A stretch of 45,166 nucleotides of DNA from Candidatus Roizmanbacteria bacterium CG09_land_8_20_14_0_10_41_9 (GTDB lineage Bacteria; Patescibacteriota; Microgenomatia; UBA1406; GWC2-37-13), in contig PEZG01000057.1 of NCBI GenBank assembly GCA_002774185.1, positions 1 to 45,166 of the forward strand, written 5' to 3'. Under the pieces are notes generated by a model, which was not told where the DNA came from, did not search any database, and saw nothing but the letters and a program-made list of their open reading frames with translations. The stretch's first letter is position 1, and the number at the start of each line of letters is the position of its first letter. This document shows, piece by piece, positions 8,952 through 17,835 of this stretch. The position numbers were made by a program, and so were the translations under genes.

Positions 8952-9641
8952 TCATGCCTTTTCACCAGCACTGTATGCAAAAACGAGTTGATCTACAATA
9001 TACTCGATCGATGATTCTAAGTCGTCATTCGCCGGGATAGGGAAATCAACCGTGTCCGGGTCAACGTTCGTATCCGCAATAGCGATAACAGGGATCCCTT
9101 TCTCTCGACCTTCTTTCACTGCATTTTTTTCTTTTTTTACATCCACGACAAAGAGCGCATCAGGTAATTTTTGCATTTGGGATAGACCCCCATAGAATTT
9201 TTCAAGTTTATTCAGCTCCTTATTCATCTGGGTTTGCTCATGTTTGACAAACTTATTCCATTCTCCTTCTTCCCGTTCTTTTCGCATGGTGTTCATTTTT
9301 TTGACATTTTTCATGATCATTTCAAAGTTGGTGAATAATCCGGCAGGCCATTTAACCGTTATATAGGGAATTCCCTTATTTCTGCATAGTTCCTGGGTAT
9401 AGGTGGATGCTATTTTTTTTGTCACAACGACAAGAAGTACTTTTCCGTCTTTTTTCAGTTGGACGACGAATTTTTTAGCAGTTCCTAAAAGAGTGCTGGT
9501 TTGTGTAAGATCAATGATAGAGACGCCATGTTGAATGGTATAGATATATTTTTTTGCTTTTGGATGAACCCTGTTCGTTTTGTGTCCCAAATGCGAGCCT
9601 GCCTGAAACAGCTCTTCGATTTGTGTATCAACTTGAACCAT
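8952..9641 (-). CDS. rpsB: 30S ribosomal protein S2
   Basis: GSHLGHKTNRVHPKAKKYIY and IAIADTNVDP blocks typical of S2. Confidence 0.9.
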   Translation of the reverse strand: MVQVDTQIEELFQAGSHLGHKTNRVHPKAKKYIYTIQHGVSIIDLTQTSTLLGTAKKFVVQLKKDGKVLLVVVTKKIASTYTQELCRNKGIPYITVKWPAGLFTNFEMIMKNVKKMNTMRKEREEGEWNKFVKHEQTQMNKELNKLEKFYGGLSQMQKLPDALFVVDVKKEKNAVKEGREKGIPVIAIADTNVDPDTVDFPIPANDDLESSIEYIVDQLVFAYSAGEKA

Positions 9642-9972
9642 AATTTAACATTGTATCAGCAGAAGGTCACTTTTTCAAGAAGGTTTTTTTAAGTAATCTC
9701 ACCTGCTTATTGTTAGTAGCGGGTAACTAATTATGCGTTACCCTCCAATATTTTAACCTAAATATATCAGAAAACTTATTAAATAGATTCTATTTAAAAA
9801 GCAAAACAAATATATTTTATATTGAAGCAGATTTTGCTGTACAAGATATAAGAAAAGATCCTTAATGCTATTTCGTAAATGAAAAATTGTCTTTTCCTAA
9901 CGGTAGTATGAACTATATTATAAATAGCTACCTTGAGTTAGAACATTTACGAAGGTAAATTTGGTCTCTTAT

Positions 9973-10743
9973 TTATAATGGATAATGTTTTTGGTACCAT
10001 TCTATAGTTTTTTGTAATCCATTTTTAAGAGAGGTAGAGGGAATGTATTCGATTTCTTTTAAAGTGTTTATATCTCCTATAGTTGTTGAATGATCAGGTT
10101 CCCCTCTTCTCATCGGTGAATATGTCAATCTGCTTCTAGAGTGCGATAGTTGAATAATCATTTTTGCTAATTTATTTACTGTGGTTTTAACGCCAGTTCC
10201 AGCTTCTATTATATGATAGATTTTACCTTTAAATTCCATTGTTTTCAGCATGACTTGAACTAAATCCCCTACGTAAACGAGGTCAAGGGTTTGACGTCCA
10301 TTGCCATAAATTTCCAATGGTTTATTTTTTAGAGCATTAATGGTAAAGAATGGCACAGCTTTTCTTACTGGTTCATATTTTTGTCTCGGACCATAAGTAT
10401 TCAATCCTCTTACTACTTTAATATCAAGATCATATTCTATAGCGTACATTAAAGAAAACTTTTCTACGGCAAGTTTTGTAATTGCATACGGGTTTAGCCA
10501 ATCGATTCCACCGATTGTTATAATTAGTCCTCTTTTCTTGTGTGTTTTTATAGCTTCAAGTATATTTAGTGTTCCAATAATATTTGATTCGACTGCCGAA
10601 TAAATATTTTCCAACGTTTCAGAAGTTCCTAAGAGTGCGGCAAGATGAAATATGTAGTCAAATTTAGCGATAGTATTACTAATTAACTCTTTATCTAAAA
10701 CATTTCCTTGTATATATTTAACTTTTCCCCATCCGTCATAATT
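9973..10743 (-). pseudogene. NAD-dependent epimerase/dehydratase, 5'-truncated at an IS boundary
   Basis: My translation of this frame continues upstream of the track start (a TTG) as ...GKVKYIQGNVLDKELISNTIAKFDYIFHLAALLGTSETL. It runs into the IS inverted repeat at 10744. No Rossmann GxxGxxG N-terminus is present, and none is found on the far side of the IS. Confidence 0.7.
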
Positions 10744-11583
10744 TAGGGTAAACTTAAGTATTAGCCACTAAGTTAAATAGTCTTTTAACTTTCTTTTCAA
10801 TTGGTAACTCTCTGTAATTATATCTCCAAACATATTCTGCTAAATAGTATGACAATCTTTCTTTCCTAATTCCGCCTCTTGATGCTAATTGTCTTTTAAG
10901 GTAACCGAAAAATCCTTCAAGCCCGTTGATATGACTTTTACCTTTGACATACTCTTGTTTGGCATGCTCTACAGTTCTGTGAACATATCCTTTGGTCGCC
11001 AGTCCTGTGTATGCCCTCCAGGTATCAGAGTTAACTCTACTACCCCTTTTAATCCTTTTTTCAATGATTGGTATTAAGTCTTTTGCCTCTGCATCCGGGA
11101 CAATCGTTGCCCATACCCTGCCACATCTTGCTAAGATTCCAAATACAGGCTGTTTTGTTGTCCCAAGTCCACGCTTACTCGGTTTTTGACTTTTCTTAAC
11201 AGATTTTCTTTTAAACTTCCACTGTCCGCCCAGATATGTTTCATCAACTTCCACTTCTCCTTCAAAAACTTCCGGTATATCAACTGCCATTACCTGTCTT
11301 ACCAGATTTAAAGCTTTCAAGACTTTGTATTCGGAGATGTCTGTTTCTTTAACAATAACATTCAGGCTTTGACATCTTAAAAACCACTTTAAAAGAGCTT
11401 CCCATTGATACTTCGTTAAACGCATTCCACCTATCTTCGGTGTAAATTCATACCGGCAGTTTTTACACCTTAATTTACCTCTTCTAACCTTCCAAAATCT
11501 TTTTCCAAAACATTTTTTACATTTAGCCTGATACATAGCCCTAAGTTTAACATTCTCAGTGGCTATTTTTCAAGATTACCCTA
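10744..11583 (-). mobile_element. IS1595-family insertion sequence (840 bp) with 29-bp imperfect terminal inverted repeats
   Basis: Left end is tagggtaaacttaagtattagccactaag. The reverse complement of the right end is tagggtaatcttgaaaaatagccactgag. They match at 23 of 29 positions without gaps and enclose a single transposase ORF. The 8-bp flanks differ (tcataatt vs gcatataa). Confidence 0.75.
10754..11536 (-). CDS. IS1595-family (ISXO2-like) DDE transposase
   Basis: N-terminal zinc ribbon (CKKCFGKRF...CKNCRYEF), VEVDETYLGG and VNSDTWRAY blocks. Confidence 0.85.
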   Translation of the reverse strand: MYQAKCKKCFGKRFWKVRRGKLRCKNCRYEFTPKIGGMRLTKYQWEALLKWFLRCQSLNVIVKETDISEYKVLKALNLVRQVMAVDIPEVFEGEVEVDETYLGGQWKFKRKSVKKSQKPSKRGLGTTKQPVFGILARCGRVWATIVPDAEAKDLIPIIEKRIKRGSRVNSDTWRAYTGLATKGYVHRTVEHAKQEYVKGKSHINGLEGFFGYLKRQLASRGGIRKERLSYYLAEYVWRYNYRELPIEKKVKRLFNLVANT

Positions 11584-11815
11584 GCATATAATAAATGTTT
11601 TGTCAAGCCAAAGTTTCGAGTTTTTTTTACTATTAAAAGAAATTCTTTTTTTGGATGATTCTATATTTTAATTTGTCGACAAAAGTATATCGCAATAAAA
11701 AATTTTACTGAAGGGAAATGGAGTTAATAATTAATCCTTTATAAAAAACAACATTATCCTTACTTTCCTTTTAAATTAAAATAAAGAATCTATTTAAGTA
11801 AGTTGGGGAACTAGT

Positions 11816-12691
11816 TTAGGTGTTTAATGATTTAAGAAAGCTTTTAAATTTTTCTTTTATCTCTGGATGCTCCAAGGCGAACTCTACCACTGTTTTCATA
11901 TATTCAAATTTATTTCCAGTGTCGTAGTATTTTCCATTTTTAACAACAAGCGCGTATACGGGCATTCCCTGTTTTTTTAAAAGGTTTATGGCGTCAACTA
12001 ACCAAATTTCTCCTCCTTTCCCTGGTTTAATCTGTTTTAAAGCGGCGAAAATATTAGGCGGTAAAATATAGCCACCTATGATTCCAATATTTGAAGGTGC
12101 TTCATTAGGTTCTGGTTTTTCTATAATCTCCTTTATTTTATACAGATTTCCTTCAACTTGCTCAACATCAGCAATTCCATACCGTTTAAGATCCTCTTTT
12201 TTTTCGATTATAAAAGCAGAAGTAATAATTCCCCCATATTTTTCATAAGCTTCAATCATTTGAGCAAGACGCGGAGGTCTAGAATAAATGAATTCATCTC
12301 CCCATAAAACAGCAAAAGGTTCATTTTCTATAACTGGTTCTGCTGATAGTACAGGTGTTCCGTTGCCATATGGTCCTTTTTGCCTAATATAAATAAAATT
12401 CGCAAGATTAGAAATTGCCTCAATATTATCGAGTAGTTCACATTTTTTTGCTTGAAGTAAATTTTTAACAAGATCTTCATTAGGAGAATCGAAATGATCC
12501 TCGATTGCTCTCTTGTTAGATCCTGTTATAATAATGACATTTTTTATTCCTGACGCGGCCGCTTCCTCAACGACGTATTGGATCACTGGTTTATCAACGA
12601 TGGGAAGCATTTCCTTAGGCATGGCTTTCGTTTGAGGGAGAAAACGGGTTCCAAATCCTGCGGCAGGGATGATTACCTTGGATGGTCTCAT
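11816..12691 (-). CDS. galU: UTP--glucose-1-phosphate uridylyltransferase
   Basis: IPAAGFGTRFLPQTKAMPKEMLPIVDKPVIQYVVEEA is the canonical GalU N-terminus. Confidence 0.85.
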   Translation of the reverse strand: MRPSKVIIPAAGFGTRFLPQTKAMPKEMLPIVDKPVIQYVVEEAAASGIKNVIIITGSNKRAIEDHFDSPNEDLVKNLLQAKKCELLDNIEAISNLANFIYIRQKGPYGNGTPVLSAEPVIENEPFAVLWGDEFIYSRPPRLAQMIEAYEKYGGIITSAFIIEKKEDLKRYGIADVEQVEGNLYKIKEIIEKPEPNEAPSNIGIIGGYILPPNIFAALKQIKPGKGGEIWLVDAINLLKKQGMPVYALVVKNGKYYDTGNKFEYMKTVVEFALEHPEIKEKFKSFLKSLNT

Positions 12692-12696
12692 GGATA

Positions 12697-13113
12697 TTAG
12701 TTGAATTTGATGGTAATTTTCTTCTCAAGACTGACGTAATTATCTACGATGGCTTGTATCTCTGCAATACCAGCCTCTTTCGATATGAGGACGAATGTTG
12801 CCTTGCCAGACGACTTCTCGCTCATAAGATCGTTTTCCCTAAGGGTCCCGAGCGTTGTCTCCAGGTGTACTTTTTTATTTTCCAGTGGGGCATTATTCAT
12901 ATTCCTAACAAAGACATTTATTTGTACCGTATCCTCACCGTCAGCTTTGGAGGAAAGGGGCCAGGCAAAAATCAAGGAATTTTGGGGAGAAGGAATAGTC
13001 TCTTCTTTTGCCCGAGAAAGGCGGGTTAAGGGTTTATTAAAGAATACTAAAGACACGAAAATGAGGAAGGAAAAAATGAAAAGAGACATCAACACAACAA
13101 GCCTTTTATCCAT
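12697..13113 (-). CDS. Membrane-anchored protein with an Ig-like (Big_1-type pattern) domain
   Basis: N-terminal hydrophobic anchor followed by an SKADGEDTVQINVFVRN...GKATFVLISKEAGIAEI pattern reminiscent of bacterial Ig-like domains. Confidence 0.4.
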   Translation of the reverse strand: MDKRLVVLMSLFIFSFLIFVSLVFFNKPLTRLSRAKEETIPSPQNSLIFAWPLSSKADGEDTVQINVFVRNMNNAPLENKKVHLETTLGTLRENDLMSEKSSGKATFVLISKEAGIAEIQAIVDNYVSLEKKITIKFN

Positions 13114-13151
13114 AATATATAAGAATAACAGCTTTCCTATCGTTTGTCAAA

Positions 13152-14270
13152 TTAGACCGGGAAGCCCCTCTTTTTTAAAGCAGCAACGATTGTTTCGTGG
13201 ATTTCCTGGCGGGAAAGAAGAGTGTCTTTCTCAACGCATTGGATTTGAATCCAGTTATATTTTTTAGCTAGGGAAAGATACATATTCTCAGATGCAATCC
13301 GATGGGCAAGGTCTTTCTCGTGAATATCTTTCTCCTTTCCTTTTAAATATTCCCTTGTTCCTTTTTTTTCCGTTAATTTCATCCCTATCTGCCAGGGGAC
13401 ATAAAGGTAGATGACCGCGTCCTCTTTTGGGATTTTATGGACCTTATATTCAAGCTCATACACCCATTTTAAAAATGCGTTCCGGTCTTTTTCATTAGTG
13501 AATTTTGCCCCCTGGTGTCCCATGTTGGATGTGGCATACCGATTTGCGATGATCACTCCTCCCTTTTCCAAGAAATCATTCATTTCAGCCTTCACAGAGG
13601 CTCTATCGAGCGCATACGCGAGTGAAGCCAAGTAGGGAGAAACTTGATCAATGGTTCCGAATTCTCCCCGCAGAAATTTAGCGACGGTTTTGCCATGAAA
13701 AGATGAGTAGTATTGGGGGAAATCGACGTATTTGACCGAGATTTTTTTCTTCTTTAAGTGAGAGATGAGTAAGTTAGCTTGAGTAGTTTTACCCGACCCA
13801 TCGCTTCCATCAATAACAATGAATATCCCCCTTTTTCTTTTAAGCTTCTTTATGTAGCGAAAAAAATCCTTGATAACGTAGGGCAGCTTACCTTCGTTGT
13901 AGTACTCAAGAAACAGATTTTCCGATGGATTACCCTCAACCATAGGAGAAATCTGATCCTCGTAGTTCTCCAACACAAGAGCAAGTACTGGTTTATTCTG
14001 GGTAAGCGCGTATACGATTTCGCCTCCCACCCCCAGAGAGGGTTTGGTCACCTCCGCTACAACACAATCGGCTACGTCGATGAGTTTTTTTTGGCGAATA
14101 AAAATTTCTTTCGGGGTAAGTTGGGAATCTTGCTTGAGAAGGTCCTTATCCACGGTCTGCTTACCGGAAACAAGCATTTCCCTACTCCGCTTTATCTGTG
14201 CGAGAATCTTTCCATAGTGGCGTTGGAATTCTTCTCCTCCCGATGTTGAGGCGGTAAAATAGATGTTCAT
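13152..14270 (-). CDS. tmk: Fusion protein: DNPH1/Rcl-like deoxynucleotide N-hydrolase domain plus thymidylate kinase
   Basis: The N-terminal ~140 aa (IYFTASTSGG...ADCVVAEVTKPSLGVGGEIVYALTQNKPVLAL) match the DNPH1/nucleoside 2-deoxyribosyltransferase fold signature. The C-terminal part has the Tmk P-loop IVIDGSDGSGKTTQ and a NRYATSNMGHQG block. Confidence 0.8.
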   Translation of the reverse strand: MNIYFTASTSGGEEFQRHYGKILAQIKRSREMLVSGKQTVDKDLLKQDSQLTPKEIFIRQKKLIDVADCVVAEVTKPSLGVGGEIVYALTQNKPVLALVLENYEDQISPMVEGNPSENLFLEYYNEGKLPYVIKDFFRYIKKLKRKRGIFIVIDGSDGSGKTTQANLLISHLKKKKISVKYVDFPQYYSSFHGKTVAKFLRGEFGTIDQVSPYLASLAYALDRASVKAEMNDFLEKGGVIIANRYATSNMGHQGAKFTNEKDRNAFLKWVYELEYKVHKIPKEDAVIYLYVPWQIGMKLTEKKGTREYLKGKEKDIHEKDLAHRIASENMYLSLAKKYNWIQIQCVEKDTLLSRQEIHETIVAALKKRGFPV

Positions 14271-14295
14271 TTCAATATAGTACCAGAAAAGACCA

Positions 14296-16536
14296 TTAGG
14301 TCAAGTTGATCGTATCCCCCGACTTTGCTGTATTCTCCAAAATCTGCTGTGATACGGTATTTTCAATTCCTTCTGAGATGACTCGCTCCATATCCCGCGC
14401 TCCGAATTTCTCGTCATATTTGGCATCGACAAGTTTTCTCACATAGGCATCTGATACCACAACTGTCACATTGTAAAGTTTTTTTATATCCTCCTGGATT
14501 TTCCCAACCATTTGTTTTGCTATCTTGAATATGGATTCTTTAGAAAGCATTTTGTAGACGATGATCCCATCAAACCGGTTGAGGAATTCGGGAGCAAAGA
14601 TTTTCTGCTCAATCAAGTAATTCGTTATAGAGTTGTAGTCCGGGGATGGACCGTTTTCTGGCACTGAACAGAAGAGGGAAGAGCCGGCGTTGGAAGTAGC
14701 GATAATTACAAGGTTTTTACAATCAACGCGCTTTCCAGATCCATCCGTGATATATCCCTCATCCAACAGAGTAAGGAAGATATTGAGAAGGTCCTCGTTC
14801 GCTTTTTCGATCTCGTCGAGGAGGAGTACTCCGTAGGGTTTTTCACGAATCGCCTTCGTAAGGAGACCAGGCGTGTTTGTTTCCGATGACCCAATCAGGT
14901 TAGGGATATCATTCTTGGATTGGTACAGGGACATGTCGAAACGGATAAGGTAGGTTTCAGACCCAAAGAAAATCCGTGCGATGGATTTGGCGGTTTCGGT
15001 TTTCCCAACGCCTGTTGGACCCAGAAACAAAAAGGTAGCCAAGGGTTTTTTGCGTTTTCCGATGAGGAGGAACGCACGTTTCAATGACGAGGAGAGTTTT
15101 TCCACCGCTTCTTCCTGGTCAATGATGGTTGTTTGTAGCTCATGCTGGAGATTCAAGAGCCTTTCTTTCGTTTGTGCGGTTATGGTGGTTGGGATATGGG
15201 TCTGTTCGGTTAAAATTTTGTCGACAGCTTCGGGGAGAACCTGCGTTCTGTTTGAACTCTGTTTTGTATATACGCACGCACTATCCAAAAGGTCGACCGC
15301 CTTTTCCGGGAATGGAATATAGGTGATGTAATAATTGCTTTTGTCTATCGTGTTTTTTACGGTTTCATAGGGAATAGTGACGTTGTATCTTTTCTCAAAT
15401 AGAGGAGTTTTCAGAAGCATAATGTGTTCTGCTTCCTCTGGTGGGACTTCGTACACGTCGATTTTTTGAAATAGCCGATTTACTGCTTCGTTCGGGAAGA
15501 CAAACTTCTGGTACGAGAAAGAGTCGGTAATGCCGAGAATCTGGAGGAAGGATGATTTTGCGTATGTTTGCAGAGGGATACTCAAATCAACTCTTCCTTC
15601 CCCGACGAAGATATATTTTTCCATATCGTCAATCAACAGGATGACGTTTTTCGCGTCCGCCGCTTCCTTCAAAAGCTCTCCAAAAAACTCCTCTCGTTGT
15701 TTTTGATCCGTGTATTGGGTAAGAATTTTTTCCATATTGAGCTTAAGAACCCGTTTATACATCAATAATTGATTGGTTTTTCCTTCATAGATCCGCTTTG
15801 CTAAAGCGTCAACAATCGTGTGTTTTCCGACTCCTTCTTCCCCAACAATGAGGACATTTGCTTCTTCGGATTTTGATAGGGTTCGTTCTATTTCGTTTAT
15901 TTCTTTTTCACGATTTACAACATTCCTCAATTTTTTTTGGTAATCCGTTGAGGTTAAATCAAATACATATGGATCAAGGGTAGGAGTGTAGCCGAGAGCC
16001 CAATCCCGCGCGACAGGGGGAATTGAGAAAAGATTGTGCGTTGTCCACCACCGAGATTCATTGATTGTGTTTTGATACAATTCTTCAAACCAATTTACGA
16101 CACGCTCTCTGTTTTCCGGTACCATTAAGTGAGTTGACAGAAAACGCTCCAATTGGATGTTTTTTTCGTCCGTTGTCGTTTTTTTAAAAAAAGAGAATAC
16201 GTAGAAAACAGGAAGAAGGGCGAGTTCCATAAGGATAAAAAATGGAAAAAGGAACAAAAAAAGAATTTGGAATACCAGATAGATTCCAAGAACACAAAGA
16301 CGCATAGAAAACCCGATAAAGATTGAGATCAGATCAAATCCAAGTCTGCCGAACCACTCGCTCAAAGAAAATCCAACAGTGGCTTTTCTGGATATGAGAT
16401 TTTTCCAAGGATGGAAGAGGGTTTTAACCAACGTGTTCACTGAAAAATAGTATGGGATAAAGATGAGTATGTTCGCTAGAAATTCAAAGAAAGATCGGAG
16501 GGTTTTTTTGCTAAATGAAAAGAAATTTTCATCCAT
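14296..16536 (-). CDS. Clp/Hsp100-type double AAA+ ATPase with an N-terminal transmembrane region
   Basis: Two Walker A sites (GEEGVGKHT and GPTGVGKTE). NBD2 reads LLLDEIEKA with a sensor region. The N-terminal ~130 aa are strongly hydrophobic. Start moved to the ATG at 16536 because the track start at 16602 is TTG. Confidence 0.8.
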   Translation of the reverse strand: MDENFFSFSKKTLRSFFEFLANILIFIPYYFSVNTLVKTLFHPWKNLISRKATVGFSLSEWFGRLGFDLISIFIGFSMRLCVLGIYLVFQILFLFLFPFFILMELALLPVFYVFSFFKKTTTDEKNIQLERFLSTHLMVPENRERVVNWFEELYQNTINESRWWTTHNLFSIPPVARDWALGYTPTLDPYVFDLTSTDYQKKLRNVVNREKEINEIERTLSKSEEANVLIVGEEGVGKHTIVDALAKRIYEGKTNQLLMYKRVLKLNMEKILTQYTDQKQREEFFGELLKEAADAKNVILLIDDMEKYIFVGEGRVDLSIPLQTYAKSSFLQILGITDSFSYQKFVFPNEAVNRLFQKIDVYEVPPEEAEHIMLLKTPLFEKRYNVTIPYETVKNTIDKSNYYITYIPFPEKAVDLLDSACVYTKQSSNRTQVLPEAVDKILTEQTHIPTTITAQTKERLLNLQHELQTTIIDQEEAVEKLSSSLKRAFLLIGKRKKPLATFLFLGPTGVGKTETAKSIARIFFGSETYLIRFDMSLYQSKNDIPNLIGSSETNTPGLLTKAIREKPYGVLLLDEIEKANEDLLNIFLTLLDEGYITDGSGKRVDCKNLVIIATSNAGSSLFCSVPENGPSPDYNSITNYLIEQKIFAPEFLNRFDGIIVYKMLSKESIFKIAKQMVGKIQEDIKKLYNVTVVVSDAYVRKLVDAKYDEKFGARDMERVISEGIENTVSQQILENTAKSGDTINLT

Positions 16537-16542
16537 AAAAAA

Positions 16543-16550
16543 ATTATATA
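16543..16550 (-). promoter_or_regulatory. -10 element (TGgTATATAAT on the minus strand) 6-8 nt upstream of the AAA+ ATPase ATG
   Basis: The reverse complement of 16540-16553 reads tggtatataat, followed by tttttt and then ATG. No Shine-Dalgarno lies between. Confidence 0.4.
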
Positions 16551-16718
16551 CCACTCCGCTTCGACTTTGCAACTTTTGACGTATGCCTACCGAAGCTTTC
16601 AAATTGAGATAAGTATCCGATTTAATAAGCTGACTTTGTTTTATGATCGAAGCTCCGTTAGGTATTACACCCCTGCAATTTGAAAGTTAAGGGGCATAAC
16701 AGGTTTTGGGGATTGCTC

Positions 16719-16748
16719 TTGACATTTCGATAGGATACGCAATAATAA
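16719..16748 (+). promoter_or_regulatory. Sigma70-like promoter (TTGACA, 17-18 nt spacer, ATAATA/TAATAA) upstream of the ATP-grasp gene
   Basis: TTGACA at 16719-16724 and an AT-rich -10 candidate at 16742-16748. The ATG is at 16768. Confidence 0.4.
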
Positions 16749-16767
16749 TACTACTTTATTCTTAAGC

Positions 16768-17835
16768 ATGAACAAAAGACGAAAAAGAAAATCTTCTAAC
16801 GGATCGTTGAATCGCTCGCTTCCCAAAACCGTCGGAATCATTTATAGTGACGTAAAACGAGAATATTTTCCAACCGAAGTCCAGTATATAACGGAAAAGG
16901 ATGCATTGCACGATGCCCAGGTGATTTCGCTGTACCTAAAAAAGCTGCGGATAAAGACCCTATTGTATCCTGGAAATGCAACGCTTACGCAGAAACTTAG
17001 GCGGGATAAACCAAACGCCGTGCTAAATTTAGCGGGTTCTGTTAAGGGGAATGAATATCTTGCGTCATCCATTCCCGCAGTACTTGAACTTTTAGAAATT
17101 CCTTATACGGGAGCTGGTATTTTGGGAGAATCATTAAGCTATAATAAATTCCTTGTCAAAAAGCTCCTAGAACAGAATGGGGTACCGGTTCCCCAATATC
17201 AACTATTCAATAGACCATTCGATCTATTCAATCCTACGCTTCGTTTTCCCTTAATTTCAAAACTGAATGAGATTCATGGCTCAGTGGAGATAACAAAGGA
17301 TTCCATATCGGAAAATGAGAAACACCTACGTGCACGCTTAAAATTTCTTATTAAAACCTATGAGCAGCCTGTACTAGTGGAGGAATTCATTGCGGGCAGG
17401 GAGATTACCGCGATACTTCTGGAAGGACTGAATAAAAAAGTTTATCTGGCTGAGAGAGTATTCAAAAAAAACAATGAAAAATATGTGTTCGCTTCTTTTG
17501 AGAATCAATGGCTTAAGGATAGCGATGAATCTTTTACCTACGTGAAATACCGAGATAAACTTCTGGTGGAATACGTAAAGAAAGCTTTTGATATCACCCG
17601 GATGTCAGATTATGGCAAATTTGATATTCGTTTGGATAATTCGGGCCGGTATTTTTTCCTTGATTGTAATAGTAATCCTGCCTTTGGTCCGAAAGAAATG
17701 GATTGTGCGCTAGCGAATATTTTGGATTTATTTAACATATCCTTCCCAAATATTTTAAAACGATTGCTACAGAATACTATCCGCGACGCAATAGGTAAAA
17801 AACTTCTTCCACTTACGAACAACGGGAGATCATGA
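16768..17835 (+). CDS. ATP-grasp enzyme of the D-alanine--D-alanine ligase family
   Basis: Ddl-like layout (PYTGAGILGESLSYNKFLVKKLLEQNGVPVPQY, LVEEFIAGREIT, NSNPAFG) with an unusual Lys/Arg-rich N-terminus. Substrate not assignable. Confidence 0.6.
   Translation: MNKRRKRKSSNGSLNRSLPKTVGIIYSDVKREYFPTEVQYITEKDALHDAQVISLYLKKLRIKTLLYPGNATLTQKLRRDKPNAVLNLAGSVKGNEYLASSIPAVLELLEIPYTGAGILGESLSYNKFLVKKLLEQNGVPVPQYQLFNRPFDLFNPTLRFPLISKLNEIHGSVEITKDSISENEKHLRARLKFLIKTYEQPVLVEEFIAGREITAILLEGLNKKVYLAERVFKKNNEKYVFASFENQWLKDSDESFTYVKYRDKLLVEYVKKAFDITRMSDYGKFDIRLDNSGRYFFLDCNSNPAFGPKEMDCALANILDLFNISFPNILKRLLQNTIRDAIGKKLLPLTNNGRS

Noticed and set aside
9719-9745. Hairpin gggtaac-N9-gttaccc as a solo inverted-repeat remnant of the IS1595 element
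   Set aside because: Similarity to the IS end (tagggtaa) is limited to 6-7 nt. That is insufficient to claim homology.
12682-13267. Plus-strand ORFs at 12682-13029 and 12749-13267
   Set aside because: They are antisense to the membrane-anchored Ig-like gene and to the 3' end of the tmk fusion. They have no motifs and overlap better-supported genes.
13779-14249. 156-aa plus-strand ORF
   Set aside because: It is antisense to the DNPH1-like domain of the tmk fusion gene, with no recognisable features.
16603-16700. A cacaccc/GGGTGTG match and TTCGATC-like motif examined as the missing 5' half or another tRNA
   Set aside because: No cloverleaf can be folded. The D-stem and T-stem partners are absent. 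I treat it as a chance match.
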